64,000 nt of DNA. It comes from Candidatus Latescibacterota bacterium. Its GTDB lineage: Bacteria > Latescibacterota > CBDEFO01. The notes below the pieces were generated by a model, which did not search any database, was not told the origin of the DNA, and saw nothing but the letters and a program-made list of their open reading frames with translations. The stretch lies in the NCBI GenBank assembly GCA_965248755.1, contig OZ252149.1, forward strand, positions 1,824,001-1,888,000, given 5' to 3'. The translations under genes were made by a program, and so were the position numbers. This document shows, piece after piece, positions 10,689-21,202 of this stretch (position 1 is the first letter of the stretch; each line of letters begins with the position of its first letter).

Positions 10689-10810
10689 GTAGGGCAAACC
10701 CCAAGGGCCAGTGCGGTGCGGCCACAAGCCACGCAGTGGTTCGCCCGATTTACTCACTCTATGTAGGGGCGAGGTTCGCTCGCCCCAAGGGGGAGGATGC
10801 CGTATCTACT
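10689..10810. repeat. GTAG-type REP-like hairpins; others near 37490-37575, 39367-39390, 63313-63365, 63782-63816
   Basis: GTAGGGGC...GCCC and GGGC...CCCCTAC stems in intergenic regions. Confidence 0.6.
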
Positions 10811-10824
10811 GTCTTCTTCCTTCG

Positions 10825-12246
10825 TTATCCGATCGATCCCTCCATCTGGAGTTCGATTAGTCTGTTCATCTCAACCGCGTACTCCATTGGAAGTTCTTTG
10901 ACCAGGGGCTCTATGAAGCCGCTGACGATCATCGTGGCAGCCTCCGCTTCGGTCAGCCCTCTGCTCATAAGGTAGAACATCTGCTCATCTCCGATCTTGC
11001 TGACCGTAGCCTCGTGTCCGATCGAAACGTCGTTTTCATCTATCTCGATGACAGGATAGGTATCCGAACGGGACTCCTCATCCAAAAGCAGGGCGTCGCA
11101 GACCACGTTCGACTTGGAACCATAAGCCCCATCGGCCACCTTCAAAAGGCCCCTGTAGCTTGCGCGCCCGCCGTCTTTGCTTATGGACTTAGACGTGATC
11201 CTGGATGAGGTATAAGGAGCGCCGTGAACAACCTTTCCTCCCGCGTCCTGATGCTGACCATTTCCGGCAAAGGCGATGGACAAAATCTCGCCCCTTGCCC
11301 CTTTGCCGAGCATATAGACGCTGGGATATTTCATCGTCAGCTTGCTACCCAAATTGCCGTCCACCCATTCCATAAGGGAGTCCTCGTATGCCACAGCCCG
11401 CTTTGTCACCAGATTATAGACGTTGTTAGCCCAGTTCTGTATCGTGGTGTATCTTACGCGAGAGTTGGGCTTGCAGATGATCTCAACGACCGCACTGTGC
11501 AGAGACTCGCTGGAGTAGGTAGGAGCTGTGCAGCCCTCCACGTAATGGACCTGGCTCCCCTCATCAACTATGATTAGCGTGCGTTCGAACTGTCCCATAT
11601 TCTCAGTATTGATCCTGAAATACGCCTGAAGGGGAACGTCTACGGTTATACCAGGCGGGACATAGATAAAGCTTCCGCCGCTCCAGACAGCAGTGTTCAA
11701 AGCGGCAAATTTATTGTCTGACGAGGGAATAATCGTTCCGAAGTACTCCTTCACAAGATCGGGGTACTCCCTGACCGCCGTGTCAGTATCCGCGAAGATG
11801 ACGCCCTGTTTCTCCAGATCTTCCTTCAGGCTGTGATAGACCACCTCAGAGTCGTACTGAGCTCCGACGCCGGCCAAAAACTTCTTTTCCGCCTCAGGGA
11901 TGCCAAGACGGTCAAAGGTCTTTTTGATGTCGTCCGGCACATCGTCCCACGAACGCTCCACTCCATCTGATGGCTTGACGTAGTAGTAGATGTTATTGAA
12001 GTCCAGATCGCCCAGATGGCCGCCCCAGTTGGGCATAGGCTTCTGATAGAAGATGTCCAGAGCCTGAAGCCGATAGTCCCGCATCCAGTCAGGCTCGCTC
12101 TTCATCTCGGAGATCTGACATACGAGCTCTCTACTGAGTCCCTTTTCGGCCTTGAACACAGATTTATCCGGGTCGTGAAACCCGTACTTATATTCGCTGG
12201 CAACACCGACGTCCTTCGTCCCTTCCGTGACTGTTTGCTCTACCAT
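10825..12246 (-). CDS. sufB: Fe-S assembly protein SufB
   Basis: [17 protein letters not shown] and HEATVSKI motifs; GAGGAGG RBS. Confidence 0.96.
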   Translation of the reverse strand: MVEQTVTEGTKDVGVASEYKYGFHDPDKSVFKAEKGLSRELVCQISEMKSEPDWMRDYRLQALDIFYQKPMPNWGGHLGDLDFNNIYYYVKPSDGVERSWDDVPDDIKKTFDRLGIPEAEKKFLAGVGAQYDSEVVYHSLKEDLEKQGVIFADTDTAVREYPDLVKEYFGTIIPSSDNKFAALNTAVWSGGSFIYVPPGITVDVPLQAYFRINTENMGQFERTLIIVDEGSQVHYVEGCTAPTYSSESLHSAVVEIICKPNSRVRYTTIQNWANNVYNLVTKRAVAYEDSLMEWVDGNLGSKLTMKYPSVYMLGKGARGEILSIAFAGNGQHQDAGGKVVHGAPYTSSRITSKSISKDGGRASYRGLLKVADGAYGSKSNVVCDALLLDEESRSDTYPVIEIDENDVSIGHEATVSKIGDEQMFYLMSRGLTEAEAATMIVSGFIEPLVKELPMEYAVEMNRLIELQMEGSIG

Positions 12247-12250
12247 AATC

Positions 12251-13075
12251 TTAATCCTCCTCATCTATAGTTTCGACGTCCTCAGAGACGTCTTCTGCTT
12301 TAATACCATGCTTCTCTCGAATCCCGTCATAGCCATTGGCCTCTAATTCGTGGGCAAGCTCAGGACCGCCCGATTCGACGACCCGACCGTCCATCATTAT
12401 GTGAACAAAGTCGGGCTCGATATAGTTTAATATCCTCTGGTAGTGAGTAATGATCAAAACTCCAAGATCGGGCCCTATCAGGCGATTTACTCCCTCTGAG
12501 ACCGTCCTTACAGCGTCTATGTCCAATCCTGAATCTGTCTCATCTAAAACGGCTATCTTCGGCTTGAGCATCGCCATTTGAAGTATCTCTGCCCGTTTCT
12601 TTTCGCCGCCTGAGAAGCCGTCGTTCAGATATCGTCTGGCAAAGGAGACATCCATCCCCAATTGATTCATCATCCCCCTTAACTCCTTGCGGAATTCCCG
12701 CATCGGGATCAGCTTGATAGTATCACTGCCATCTTCGTGGCCTATCCTCACGGCGCTGACAGCCATGCGAAGGAAGTTGGCCACGCTGACTCCCGGTATA
12801 GATGTGGGATACTGAAACGCAAGGAAAAGACCTTTTTTGGCGCGCTCGTCAGGCGAACTTTCAAGAATGTTCTCCCCGTCGAAGAGCACCTCCCCTTCGG
12901 TCGCTTCGTATTTTGGATACCCCATAAGGCAGTAAGACAGGGTGCTCTTCCCCGAGCCGTTGGGACCCATAAGAGCGTGTATCTCCCCCTGCTTTACGTT
13001 CAGATTCACTCCCTTTAGTATCTCTTTGCCCTCTACATTTACCTTCAGGTTCTTAACAGCAAATTCTATCCCCAT
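12251..13075 (-). CDS. sufC: Fe-S assembly ATPase SufC
   Basis: GPNGSGKST Walker [18 protein letters not shown]. Confidence 0.95.
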   Translation of the reverse strand: MGIEFAVKNLKVNVEGKEILKGVNLNVKQGEIHALMGPNGSGKSTLSYCLMGYPKYEATEGEVLFDGENILESSPDERAKKGLFLAFQYPTSIPGVSVANFLRMAVSAVRIGHEDGSDTIKLIPMREFRKELRGMMNQLGMDVSFARRYLNDGFSGGEKKRAEILQMAMLKPKIAVLDETDSGLDIDAVRTVSEGVNRLIGPDLGVLIITHYQRILNYIEPDFVHIMMDGRVVESGGPELAHELEANGYDGIREKHGIKAEDVSEDVETIDEED

Positions 13076-13155
13076 ATTTCTTTTAACTCCCCTTCCTGAT
13101 GGAATCAAACTATCCCCAATAGAATCAATCGGGGGACTGATTCGACTATTGCAAC

Positions 13156-13782
13156 CTATTTTACACTGAAGTCACAGCACTCGCTTCCATCCATCATGCA
13201 CTCAGATAACTCCACATCTGCGTTCAGAACTCTGGTCATCATTTCCTGCTCCATCTCACAGATCTCTCGATGATCCTGGACCAATTCGTGATAGGGACAG
13301 CTAAAGACTTTGAATGTGAGTTCCTCTCCGATCTGATTCAGTTCTGCCAACATCCCTTTCTGATTTAACAAAACTATCAGTTGCGATAAACGATCCGATA
13401 TTTCCTCGCCCGTAATCTGTCCCAGATACTTCCTTGCCATACTCATCCCGACACTGTTAAGCAAAGATCGGAGTCCCTCCTTGCCGTATTGAGTCAATAT
13501 CTCCTCCAGTAAGGAGACCAGGAACTCATCGTAGTCACGGGGAAAGAGCTTCTGCCCCTTTTCTGTAAGATCATATACATCTTTGGGACGCCCGACTCCC
13601 CCGTGCACGCTCTGCTTGGCAATAAGGCCTTCAGCTAAGAGATGGCCAAGCTGATTACGAACTGCACCAGTGGTCACACCCAACGATGCCTTCAGTTCCT
13701 TGATGCCAACTGTGCCATTATGCTGTATCAGCCTGATGATCTGTGCAGCGGGCGTCTCTCCAAGCACAGTATCTAAAGACAT
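13156..13782 (-). CDS. sufR: SufR-like winged-helix regulator
   Basis: N-terminal HTH, GRP motif, CPY..C..E...C...CC ligands; first gene of the suf operon. Confidence 0.8.
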   Translation of the reverse strand: MSLDTVLGETPAAQIIRLIQHNGTVGIKELKASLGVTTGAVRNQLGHLLAEGLIAKQSVHGGVGRPKDVYDLTEKGQKLFPRDYDEFLVSLLEEILTQYGKEGLRSLLNSVGMSMARKYLGQITGEEISDRLSQLIVLLNQKGMLAELNQIGEELTFKVFSCPYHELVQDHREICEMEQEMMTRVLNADVELSECMMDGSECCDFSVK

Positions 13783-13841
13783 AGATCACTCTCCTTAAGA
13801 ATCGGCTCAAACCTGTAAGACTATAACGTCCTCGCAATGGA

Positions 13842-13900
13842 AATATATGAGAAAAGGAGAGCCTTGTCAAGCTGAAAAAACAATTTTATCAATGTTTTTT
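13842..13900 (-). promoter_or_regulatory. suf promoter with an adjacent inverted repeat (candidate operator)
   Basis: TTGACA-N17-TATATT at 13842-13870; AAAAAACA-N10-TGTTTTTT at 13875-13900. Confidence 0.65.
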
Positions 13901-13952
13901 GATTAAATTATTTAAATGCACCCAACACTGCCCTATTTGAGGATAGCCTAAA

Positions 13953-14672
13953 CTATCTGAAGACCCAAATCCTGATGAGCATAGCCAAGGCCAGAAAGGC
14001 AGTCGTGCACACAATAAGCTTTAGAGCGCGCTGGGGACTTGCAATGAGCTCCAACGTGCTGACATGCAACCTGGTGCCGTCGCTCAGGATGAGTCCTTCG
14101 ACATTTTTTCCCCGCCTAAATGTCTTAATCCAACGACTCAGTGTTATCTCTATAGCTGCAGTCCCCGAAAGGACGGCAGCCATAACTAACGATTCGAGCG
14201 TGATGGTGACTGCGTTGATAAAATAGCTTGTGAGGAAGGGCAGCGCTCCCCAGCTTATCGAGAACCACAGGTCGGTGTGGAATCTACCCTTAAACCACTC
14301 CAGGTTATACGCCAGGGCGAAGAAACTTTCAGCGGCTATAAAGAAAAGCAGCCAATAGCTCACCTTCCAGGCATAGTAAACTCCGATAGCCACAGCCGCG
14401 CTGAGCGTGATGGCCGACAACGCATACAGAATGCTGTCTGGTATCTTTGTGCCCCAGGGGTGTCCTCTCGTCTCGTCCAGGAAGTGAGCGGCACAGCCCA
14501 ATCCCAGAAAGTAAGCGGCTAAAGTCCAGAGCAATCGGTCGACATAGAAGGTCGGCGCCCACATCGCGCCTATGATCACGTAAGCAAAGACCATCGTGGT
14601 ATAAGGAATATGCAGCAGATTGATGAAGTCTTTAGCCCTGCTGTCCTCTAAGATGTACCAGGAACCTTTCAT
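13953..14672 (-). CDS. UbiA-prenyltransferase-like integral membrane protein
   Basis: Multiple TM segments; HIPYT, AHFLDE and AYNLE..GRFH motifs. Confidence 0.55.
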   Translation of the reverse strand: MKGSWYILEDSRAKDFINLLHIPYTTMVFAYVIIGAMWAPTFYVDRLLWTLAAYFLGLGCAAHFLDETRGHPWGTKIPDSILYALSAITLSAAVAIGVYYAWKVSYWLLFFIAAESFFALAYNLEWFKGRFHTDLWFSISWGALPFLTSYFINAVTITLESLVMAAVLSGTAAIEITLSRWIKTFRRGKNVEGLILSDGTRLHVSTLELIASPQRALKLIVCTTAFLALAMLIRIWVFR

Positions 14673-14822
14673 AGAGTGCGATATCCTTCTTGTGAGAGTC
14701 TTTATAAGGATCTATCTGTCCACAGCGGTCTTTTCTATATTTTCAGTATCGAGCCGAAATAGTCTGCACCAGATTGTCGAGATTCAGAATAGCAGTCCGC
14801 ATAGAAGGAGAGGCGACCTAAC

Positions 14823-14955
14823 GGAGATTGCTTTCCCCGCTTCGTGGGTTGCTTCCTCCTCTCCCAAATAATGCACCCAGTGCTTACGACGGCTCACAAT
14901 GACGTTGCCTTGGTTTGAACCTTTAGTCATTGCGAGGGCAACGCCCAAATCTCCC
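14823..14955. repeat. GTCATTGCGAG/GAGATTGCTTC-type REP-like elements; also near 28136, 30711-30800, 40988, 41121-41148
   Basis: Recurring gtcattgcgag and gattgcttc...gcaatgac half-sites. Confidence 0.55.
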
Positions 14956-15050
14956 ATCCCCGATAGAATCAATCAGGGGCAATCGGGACTCAAGGTATCG
15001 GAGGGTTGACCTGTCTACTCACCTAACGTATCCAAGCAAGTCTTGTGCAG

Positions 15051-15764
15051 CTACTTAGTTCCGATAAAAAAAGTAACTACTCCACCTGTCAGACTGCGTC
15101 TTTGAATATTCTGCAGGCCCGCTTGCTTCATTATGGCTTCCACTTCTTCTACGGGGTAAAACTCAAGGATAGATCGGCCCAGGTACTCGAGGATGTCGTG
15201 CCATTCGGCAGAGACCAGTCTGCCAATAATGGGCAGTACCTTGAGTAGGTAGAAATAGTATATCTTCCTGAAGAGTCTATTTGGAGGGCGTGTGAAGTCC
15301 AGAGAGATGATCCTGCCGCCTGACCTGACTACACACCTCATCTCTTCGAAAGTCTCCCTGACATTTGAGACGTTGCGCAGACCTAAACTTATAGTGGCAC
15401 ATTCAAAAGTATCTGCCCGAAAAGGAAGGTCTTCTGCTCTGCCGGTGACGAACTCGACCCTTGGGAGGTGGCTCCTTTTTTCCCTTACAGCCTTAGCCTT
15501 ACGCAGCATGTTCATAGTCAAGTCCAAGCCTACCACTTTTCCATTTGATCCTGCACATTTGGCTAAGTCGAAGGCCAAGAGCCCTGTTCCAGTCGCAATG
15601 TCTAAGACTTTCGTGCCTGAATCGATACCTGATCTTTTGACGATAGTTCTTCGCCAGTGCCTATCCATGGCAAAGGTGAGGAGCCAAAGTAGAGAGTCGT
15701 ACTCATTTGTGACTCCCGAGAAGAGACGACGGACAAGCTTCGCTTTCCTATCAAATCCTGGCAT
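15051..15764 (-). CDS. UbiE/MenG-family SAM-dependent methyltransferase
   Basis: VLDIATGTG, AEDLPF, LGLRNV and YLGRSI motifs. Confidence 0.88.
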   Translation of the reverse strand: MPGFDRKAKLVRRLFSGVTNEYDSLLWLLTFAMDRHWRRTIVKRSGIDSGTKVLDIATGTGLLAFDLAKCAGSNGKVVGLDLTMNMLRKAKAVREKRSHLPRVEFVTGRAEDLPFRADTFECATISLGLRNVSNVRETFEEMRCVVRSGGRIISLDFTRPPNRLFRKIYYFYLLKVLPIIGRLVSAEWHDILEYLGRSILEFYPVEEVEAIMKQAGLQNIQRRSLTGGVVTFFIGTK

Positions 15765-15958
15765 ATAAATAGACCATTAGTCGGTAGAACTTTGTCAAAG
15801 AGCATAAGAATTGTAGTAATTCACTATACCTGACCGATCCAGCCTCTGAAAACCGCCGAGACCTCCTGAGACAAAAAGGCTTCAACGGCATCTGAGCTAA
15901 TATCGGCATTAGATGAGGGCAACTCCCCCACTTTGCGGCACTGTCAAAAAGTGGAAGC

Positions 15959-16378
15959 TTACTCGTAGGTCTTGAGGTCTATAAAATCTATGGAGTGATC
16001 TTTGGCGTATTCCTCCACTCGTTTTACGACCATCTCCCGAACGAAGGGAATCGGAATACGCGACACACGTCCGTAAACGTCCCCTGTGCACTTGAGGTTC
16101 GTGCCTTCAAGCATTCTTTTCGCCTTTCAAATCCTCAGTCAGATGGTCGCAGGTCTCTGGTACAAGTCTTTCCAACTGTTTGACTACTATCTCGACGATA
16201 GCTTGCTCAGCATCCTTAATCTTTTCTCACCTTGGAGAATATCTCATGAGAAGGTATGGCAGTTTCTATCTTCTTCATAAAGTTTATGATAAGCTCCTGG
16301 AGATACACCACCTGATCTGGAACGGACTACATTTCGTTTTCGAGAGCTCCAATACGAGAATCCTGATCCTTTTCCATG
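15959..16378 (-). pseudogene. Decayed genes, ending in a PCP-reductase-C-terminal-like small domain (15959-16114)
   Basis: GGGAGG RBS + ATG followed by in-frame stops and a frameshift; VSRIPIPFVREMVVKRVEEYAK motif. Confidence 0.5.
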
Positions 16379-16426
16379 AAGCAGGTCTCCTCCCTATCTA
16401 CTGTACGCTGTCTACTTTCTATTTGT

Positions 16427-17419
16427 TTATACTACCTCCGACTCCGAAAGTTCAAAGTTGCTGTCATAAAGCCTTTCTATCTCCTTGAGCTCCTCGGGAG
16501 TCAAATCGTCGCAATCTGACGCCCCCACGAACTCATCTATATGATCCACATTGTAGATATTGGGAAGAGCAGAGGAGATGGAGGGCTCCGAAAGGACAAA
16601 TCTCAATGCCATCTGTCCTATCGTGGCATCTCTTACTTCAGTCAAAAAGCTTATCTTTTCCAATTTCTTGAGTCCTTCAGTAAGCCACTCATCCGGACGG
16701 TGGCTCCTGTGGTCATCCTTGGAGAATTTCGTGTCTTTATCGTATTTCCCTTCTAAAAGCCCCGATGAGTGAGGGACCCGCACCAGGACGCCTACGCCCT
16801 CTTCCCGGGCGACGGGAAAGAAGTCTCTCCCCGGGTCTTGCTCCAGAAGGTTATATATGATCTGAAGGGAGCATATGTCCCTCTTCTCCATCGCCGCTAA
16901 TCCCTCGTCTTTCCAGCCTATAGCCGGGCCCAGGGCCACACCGAAGTGCCTGATCTTGCCTTCATCCTGAAGTCGGGTCAGCGTGTCGAATAGATCGTCC
17001 GAATCTATGTCGTCCATCCGGGGGTTGTGAACCTGATACAGATCTATGTAATCGGTCTCCAATCTCTTCAAGCTCTCATCTGCTGCAAAGCGCACAAATT
17101 GGGGCGAAAAATCGTGCGGAAGTTCTACATGGCCCTTCCTTTCACCTGTGTCAGAATAGAAATCGTAGCCGAACTTTGTGGCGATCACAATCTGATCTCT
17201 CTTGTCCTTGAGGGCTTTCGCCAGGATCGTCTCACCCACTCCGCTGCCGTAGGTATCAGCCGTGTCGAAGAACGTAATGCCCCTGTCAAAGGCGTTCCTT
17301 AAAAGGTCTATTCCGAAATCCTCATCTGTTATTCCCCACCAGGATGTCCCTACCGTCCAGACTCCAAAGCCGACCTCTGACACCGCTATATCAGTATTTC
17401 CCAAATTCCTATATCTCAT
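16427..17419 (-). CDS. Aldo/keto reductase
   Basis: [15 protein letters not shown] and [12 protein letters not shown] motifs. Confidence 0.92.
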   Translation of the reverse strand: MRYRNLGNTDIAVSEVGFGVWTVGTSWWGITDEDFGIDLLRNAFDRGITFFDTADTYGSGVGETILAKALKDKRDQIVIATKFGYDFYSDTGERKGHVELPHDFSPQFVRFAADESLKRLETDYIDLYQVHNPRMDDIDSDDLFDTLTRLQDEGKIRHFGVALGPAIGWKDEGLAAMEKRDICSLQIIYNLLEQDPGRDFFPVAREEGVGVLVRVPHSSGLLEGKYDKDTKFSKDDHRSHRPDEWLTEGLKKLEKISFLTEVRDATIGQMALRFVLSEPSISSALPNIYNVDHIDEFVGASDCDDLTPEELKEIERLYDSNFELSESEVV

Positions 17420-17577
17420 TATGTTTATGTCCTTTCTTAAGACCGATTCGAGTGATCTTCCCAACCCCTTGAGCTAATCTCCCGCCCTTTGGGGACAGCG
17501 CTCATGCAGAAGTGAGCCAAGTGGACGTTGCATCCCCTGTTCAGATTCCACGATACGCAATAGACCCTGCGGTCTCT

Positions 17578-18441
17578 TCAGTTCTCCTGTTTTCCCCTTT
17601 CTTCTCCAGAGAGCTCTCCGCTTGGCTTTGATACTTTGTGGGAGCCCCCTTCGAATACGGCGCAAACAGGATCGTCCCGGGCTACAGCTCCGACGATAAC
17701 ACGGCAGATCGTATTACAGGAAAGCAAGAAGCTGGCTATGATCTTTGCCGTTTTTAGCCTTTCTTCTCCGTCCCTGCTGAGTCGACGTTCCACCTTATTG
17801 ATAAGAGGGATGCAAGATGCGCCCGGCGGCGCTCCCTTCAGGCCGCCTTCTGGATGAGCCAGCACCTCTGCCACTGTTTCGGGCGTGATTATCTGGCCCT
17901 GCCGCAGCCCTGTCAAGGACTCCACCAGCTCCGGCCTGTGCACATACTGCTCTGAGAGCGTCTTCCCCACGGCGTCAACGCCCACAACGGGGATCAAAAT
18001 CGTCGTAGAGCCAGGCACTATGGGCTCATGGGCAGCGGGGGCCTTGAAGGGACGCCCCCTGCACCCGTCGGCTTCGACGATAACTGCATCCACCGCCGGT
18101 ATATCTCTGATCTGTTCGATCAGTTCGGGAGCTAGTCCCTCTATCCGCGGCAGCCATCCTGTACCCCTGGTCAGGCGTCCGGCGGCTACGGTGACGTGTC
18201 CGTACTCCTTAAGCGCGTCTTCTACCCGTGAGAGCAGCTCGTCCGGCTCCGGCGCGACTATAAGCTGCTGGCTCTGATCTTGCGCAGGCGGGGCGATCAT
18301 CGTTGTGGACGTAGTCACAACGCGCCATCCATCCTCCCTCAATTCCCGCGCTAATCTGTACATAGCCGTCGTCTTGCCCCCGGCTCCCACAAGCGAGACG
18401 ACGGCTCCACTCTTGACTTTTAGAGCTTGGCTCAGATACAA
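17578..18441 (-). CDS. yqeC: YqeC-family accessory protein of selenium-dependent molybdenum hydroxylases
   Basis: VGAGGKTT, VEADG...PFKAPAAHEP and HPEGGLKG motifs. Confidence 0.85.
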   Translation of the reverse strand: MYLSQALKVKSGAVVSLVGAGGKTTAMYRLARELREDGWRVVTTSTTMIAPPAQDQSQQLIVAPEPDELLSRVEDALKEYGHVTVAAGRLTRGTGWLPRIEGLAPELIEQIRDIPAVDAVIVEADGCRGRPFKAPAAHEPIVPGSTTILIPVVGVDAVGKTLSEQYVHRPELVESLTGLRQGQIITPETVAEVLAHPEGGLKGAPPGASCIPLINKVERRLSRDGEERLKTAKIIASFLLSCNTICRVIVGAVARDDPVCAVFEGGSHKVSKPSGELSGEERGKQEN

Positions 18442-18526
18442 CGTAGTTCATCCAACTTAAGGCCGATCCGTCAGGGATTCCGGGCGTCTGGACGTTTGCC
18501 AGCCGCTGCAACACCGGATGACACGC

Positions 18527-19879
18527 TCAGAGACGGGTAGCTTCCACCGAGACGACCGAGTCCTGAAGTCTCCTCAACTCCAGAAGCTCAGAGTCGGGCA
18601 CTTCCACATCGTCGAAGGTCACCATGTCATCTTCTGATATCTCGCGGGTCACAACTGCTCCCTGAGACAGTCCTATCGGCAGCAGTTTTTCTTCCCTGGC
18701 TACGGTGGCCTTCTCAAGGAGACCGTACACAGAGTAGCCGCCCTCGCCATCCAGGACCGTACCGGCGGGAATGGTCTTCTTGGCAGCTGCAACTACCTCG
18801 GCGAACTGACCGATGGGTGTCCCGCAGGTCTGGCCGTTCAAGATCATACGGGCGACGCTTACGGGCATCTCGTGGCCGATCCAGTGCTGCGGCCTGTAGA
18901 TCATAGCGTAGCCGCTGCGCTGGCCGATAATCATTCCGATAATCTCGCCGTACGAACTGAGAGATTCCATGATGAAGGGCGTCTGGCCATCGACCACGCA
19001 GTAGAGCCCTCCCCGCAGGTCCCTTTCGACGGCTACGTCGTTTGAGTCAATGGAGCTGACCGCTTCCACGATACCCTCCTGTCCCAGAATGCCTCCCTTA
19101 TCCTGGTGGGAGAGTATATCCGGTATATCCCTGAGATCTGACGTTGGGAAGTGCATGCCGCGAATATCTGGTACCAAACCGGTCATATTCGCGAGGGCCG
19201 CCATCTCGATGGCGTGTTTGGTGCCGTCCAGGAATGAGCCGAACATCTGGGCGTTGTAATCCTGGCCGGAAAAACCGTATATCTTGGCCACGTCGTCGGG
19301 GGTTGCCTTTCTGAAAGCGGTCTTAAAACGAGTGCCTTTGCCAGCAGCAATCACCCTGAAACCGAGGGTACGTGCCCAGTCCCAGAGCTCGAAGGCGATA
19401 GCCGGCTCATCGCCGTAGGCTGCCCCGTAGAGGACGCCTGCATCGTCCGCCAGTCTTTTCAGTTGATATCCCACGACCACATCCGCCTCTACCGTAACCA
19501 TGACGATGTGCTTGCGCTGTTCAATCGCATATCGGGCGTGCGAGGCGCCTGCTTCGACACTGCCTGTCGCTTCAATCACCACGTCCACTGCGCTCTCCAT
19601 CATCGCCCGGGCGCTCATGGTGACTGCGGGGCGTCCTGAAGCGATGGCCGCATCTATGTCTTCGGGGAACTCAGCCATCACTACCTGATCACTTGCAACG
19701 CCGCCGTGACCGTAAGCACGCAGGGCCTTTTCTGTGTCGAGTTCTGCTATGGCAGCCAGGCGCATCCCCGCAGCGTGGGCCATCTGGGCTGCGATCTGTG
19801 AGCCGAAGGTCCCGGCGGCGATCAACCCGACCTGGATGGTGTCGCCTCGCTCTTCGAGATCCCGTAATCTGTGATACAT
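18527..19879 (-). CDS. Homoserine-dehydrogenase-like NAD(P)-dependent oxidoreductase with a C-terminal SAF domain
   Basis: VEADVVVG, AYGDEP, AAGKG, FLDGTK and LDGEGGY motifs. Confidence 0.82.
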   Translation of the reverse strand: MYHRLRDLEERGDTIQVGLIAAGTFGSQIAAQMAHAAGMRLAAIAELDTEKALRAYGHGGVASDQVVMAEFPEDIDAAIASGRPAVTMSARAMMESAVDVVIEATGSVEAGASHARYAIEQRKHIVMVTVEADVVVGYQLKRLADDAGVLYGAAYGDEPAIAFELWDWARTLGFRVIAAGKGTRFKTAFRKATPDDVAKIYGFSGQDYNAQMFGSFLDGTKHAIEMAALANMTGLVPDIRGMHFPTSDLRDIPDILSHQDKGGILGQEGIVEAVSSIDSNDVAVERDLRGGLYCVVDGQTPFIMESLSSYGEIIGMIIGQRSGYAMIYRPQHWIGHEMPVSVARMILNGQTCGTPIGQFAEVVAAAKKTIPAGTVLDGEGGYSVYGLLEKATVAREEKLLPIGLSQGAVVTREISEDDMVTFDDVEVPDSELLELRRLQDSVVSVEATRL

Positions 19880-19931
19880 ATAAGCAGACCCCTAATTCAG
19901 TAATTCGTTTCCTTAGTTGTCAGGAAGTCGC

Positions 19932-20750
19932 TCATTCTCGACCGGCTTCCCCGATATCGCGCTCGATACCTCTATTGTAGTCGAACCTGGGCTTGGCGCC
20001 CGGGGCCTCAACTATTTTGAAGTTCCGGGGCGATTCCTCCCAGGCGGATTGACACTCGAAACCCCAGAGCCGGCGCAGCAGCGGCGTGGCGTTTTCTACC
20101 ACTTCTTTTGGTGTCGAGCGCGTGTGGTCGCAGAACGGCCGCGTGGTGCTGCGGCAACAGAACCCTAAAATGGCATAGCGTATCTCGTCGGTGGTGTTAG
20201 GACCACCCCCGTGGATCATGCGGTTTTCGTAGACCATCACGGTGCCAGGGCCGCAGATGAAAAGGCGCTCCTCCTCGGCAGACACAGACTCGGGGTCGAT
20301 ATCTCTGATATGCGATCCGGGAACCAGACGCGTGGCCCCGTTTTCAGCCGTGAACTCGGACAGCGTAATGACCGACTGCGCGGCCATAGGAAGCACAGTG
20401 TGCACATTGTACGGCGGATTCGGCACAAATGGCCCGCCGTCCCGATGCAGCTTCTGGGCCGCCATTCCGGGCATGGGCGAACGAGCGCTCATATCCGAGA
20501 GGATATAATCCTGGCCCATTAGGTACTCCATGCAGGCGACCAGCTTGGGCAACTGGATGATTTCCCGAAATATCTCCGCACGCGCAGTCAGGTTGTTAGT
20601 CCGTTTGGTACCCGGTTCATGGGACGAGATGTGCTCCTCCTCGTAGCTTTCTTTGAGGACCTCGATGGCCTCCTCAACCTGACGAGGTGTCAGCAGATCC
20701 TCCAGCAGGGTGTAGCCCTGTTCGTCCAGTTCGCGGAAATGTCTCTCCAT
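19932..20750 (-). CDS. Phytanoyl-CoA dioxygenase (PhyH) family Fe(II)/2OG oxygenase
   Basis: HRD triad start, ENGATRLVPGSH and HGGGPN motifs. Confidence 0.88.
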   Translation of the reverse strand: MERHFRELDEQGYTLLEDLLTPRQVEEAIEVLKESYEEEHISSHEPGTKRTNNLTARAEIFREIIQLPKLVACMEYLMGQDYILSDMSARSPMPGMAAQKLHRDGGPFVPNPPYNVHTVLPMAAQSVITLSEFTAENGATRLVPGSHIRDIDPESVSAEEERLFICGPGTVMVYENRMIHGGGPNTTDEIRYAILGFCCRSTTRPFCDHTRSTPKEVVENATPLLRRLWGFECQSAWEESPRNFKIVEAPGAKPRFDYNRGIERDIGEAGRE

Positions 20751-20787
20751 CTTTCTCCAAATCTCCTTCTGGTCTGTCTCTTTGAAT

Positions 20788-21102
20788 TTACTCTATCTCT
20801 TCGACTCTTATGTACTGCACCGAATTGGTAGTCAGCCAGATCAGGAAATCCTCCTGTTCCTCACTTATCTCTACCTCTGTCTTGTTTTCCACATCGAGGG
20901 GAGAGACCACGTAGAACACTCCCTCCTCCAGCCAATTTTCCGCATCGCTCAGGCGAATCCAGCACTCGTTTTCCTTCAGAGGCGGTACGTCAGGGTCCTC
21001 TGAAGAGGCTACGAAATAAGGCAGTTGCAACTTTAAGGCGTGGGATATCTTATAGAACTCGACGTTATCCTTGTCAGCGGGATAGACCCTGTAATGCGCC
21101 AT
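20788..21102 (-). CDS. Hypothetical acidic protein
   Basis: 104-aa ORF with a strong AGGAGAGGGAG RBS. Confidence 0.7.
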   Translation of the reverse strand: MAHYRVYPADKDNVEFYKISHALKLQLPYFVASSEDPDVPPLKENECWIRLSDAENWLEEGVFYVVSPLDVENKTEVEISEEQEDFLIWLTTNSVQYIRVEEIE

Positions 21103-21202
21103 GATGTCTCCCTCTCCTAACCGAAATCATCTCAAAATTGTCAATTATATTGTCAACTATTATGTGTGAAGGCCTATTTGTGGAAACTACTCATATGGAC
21201 TC

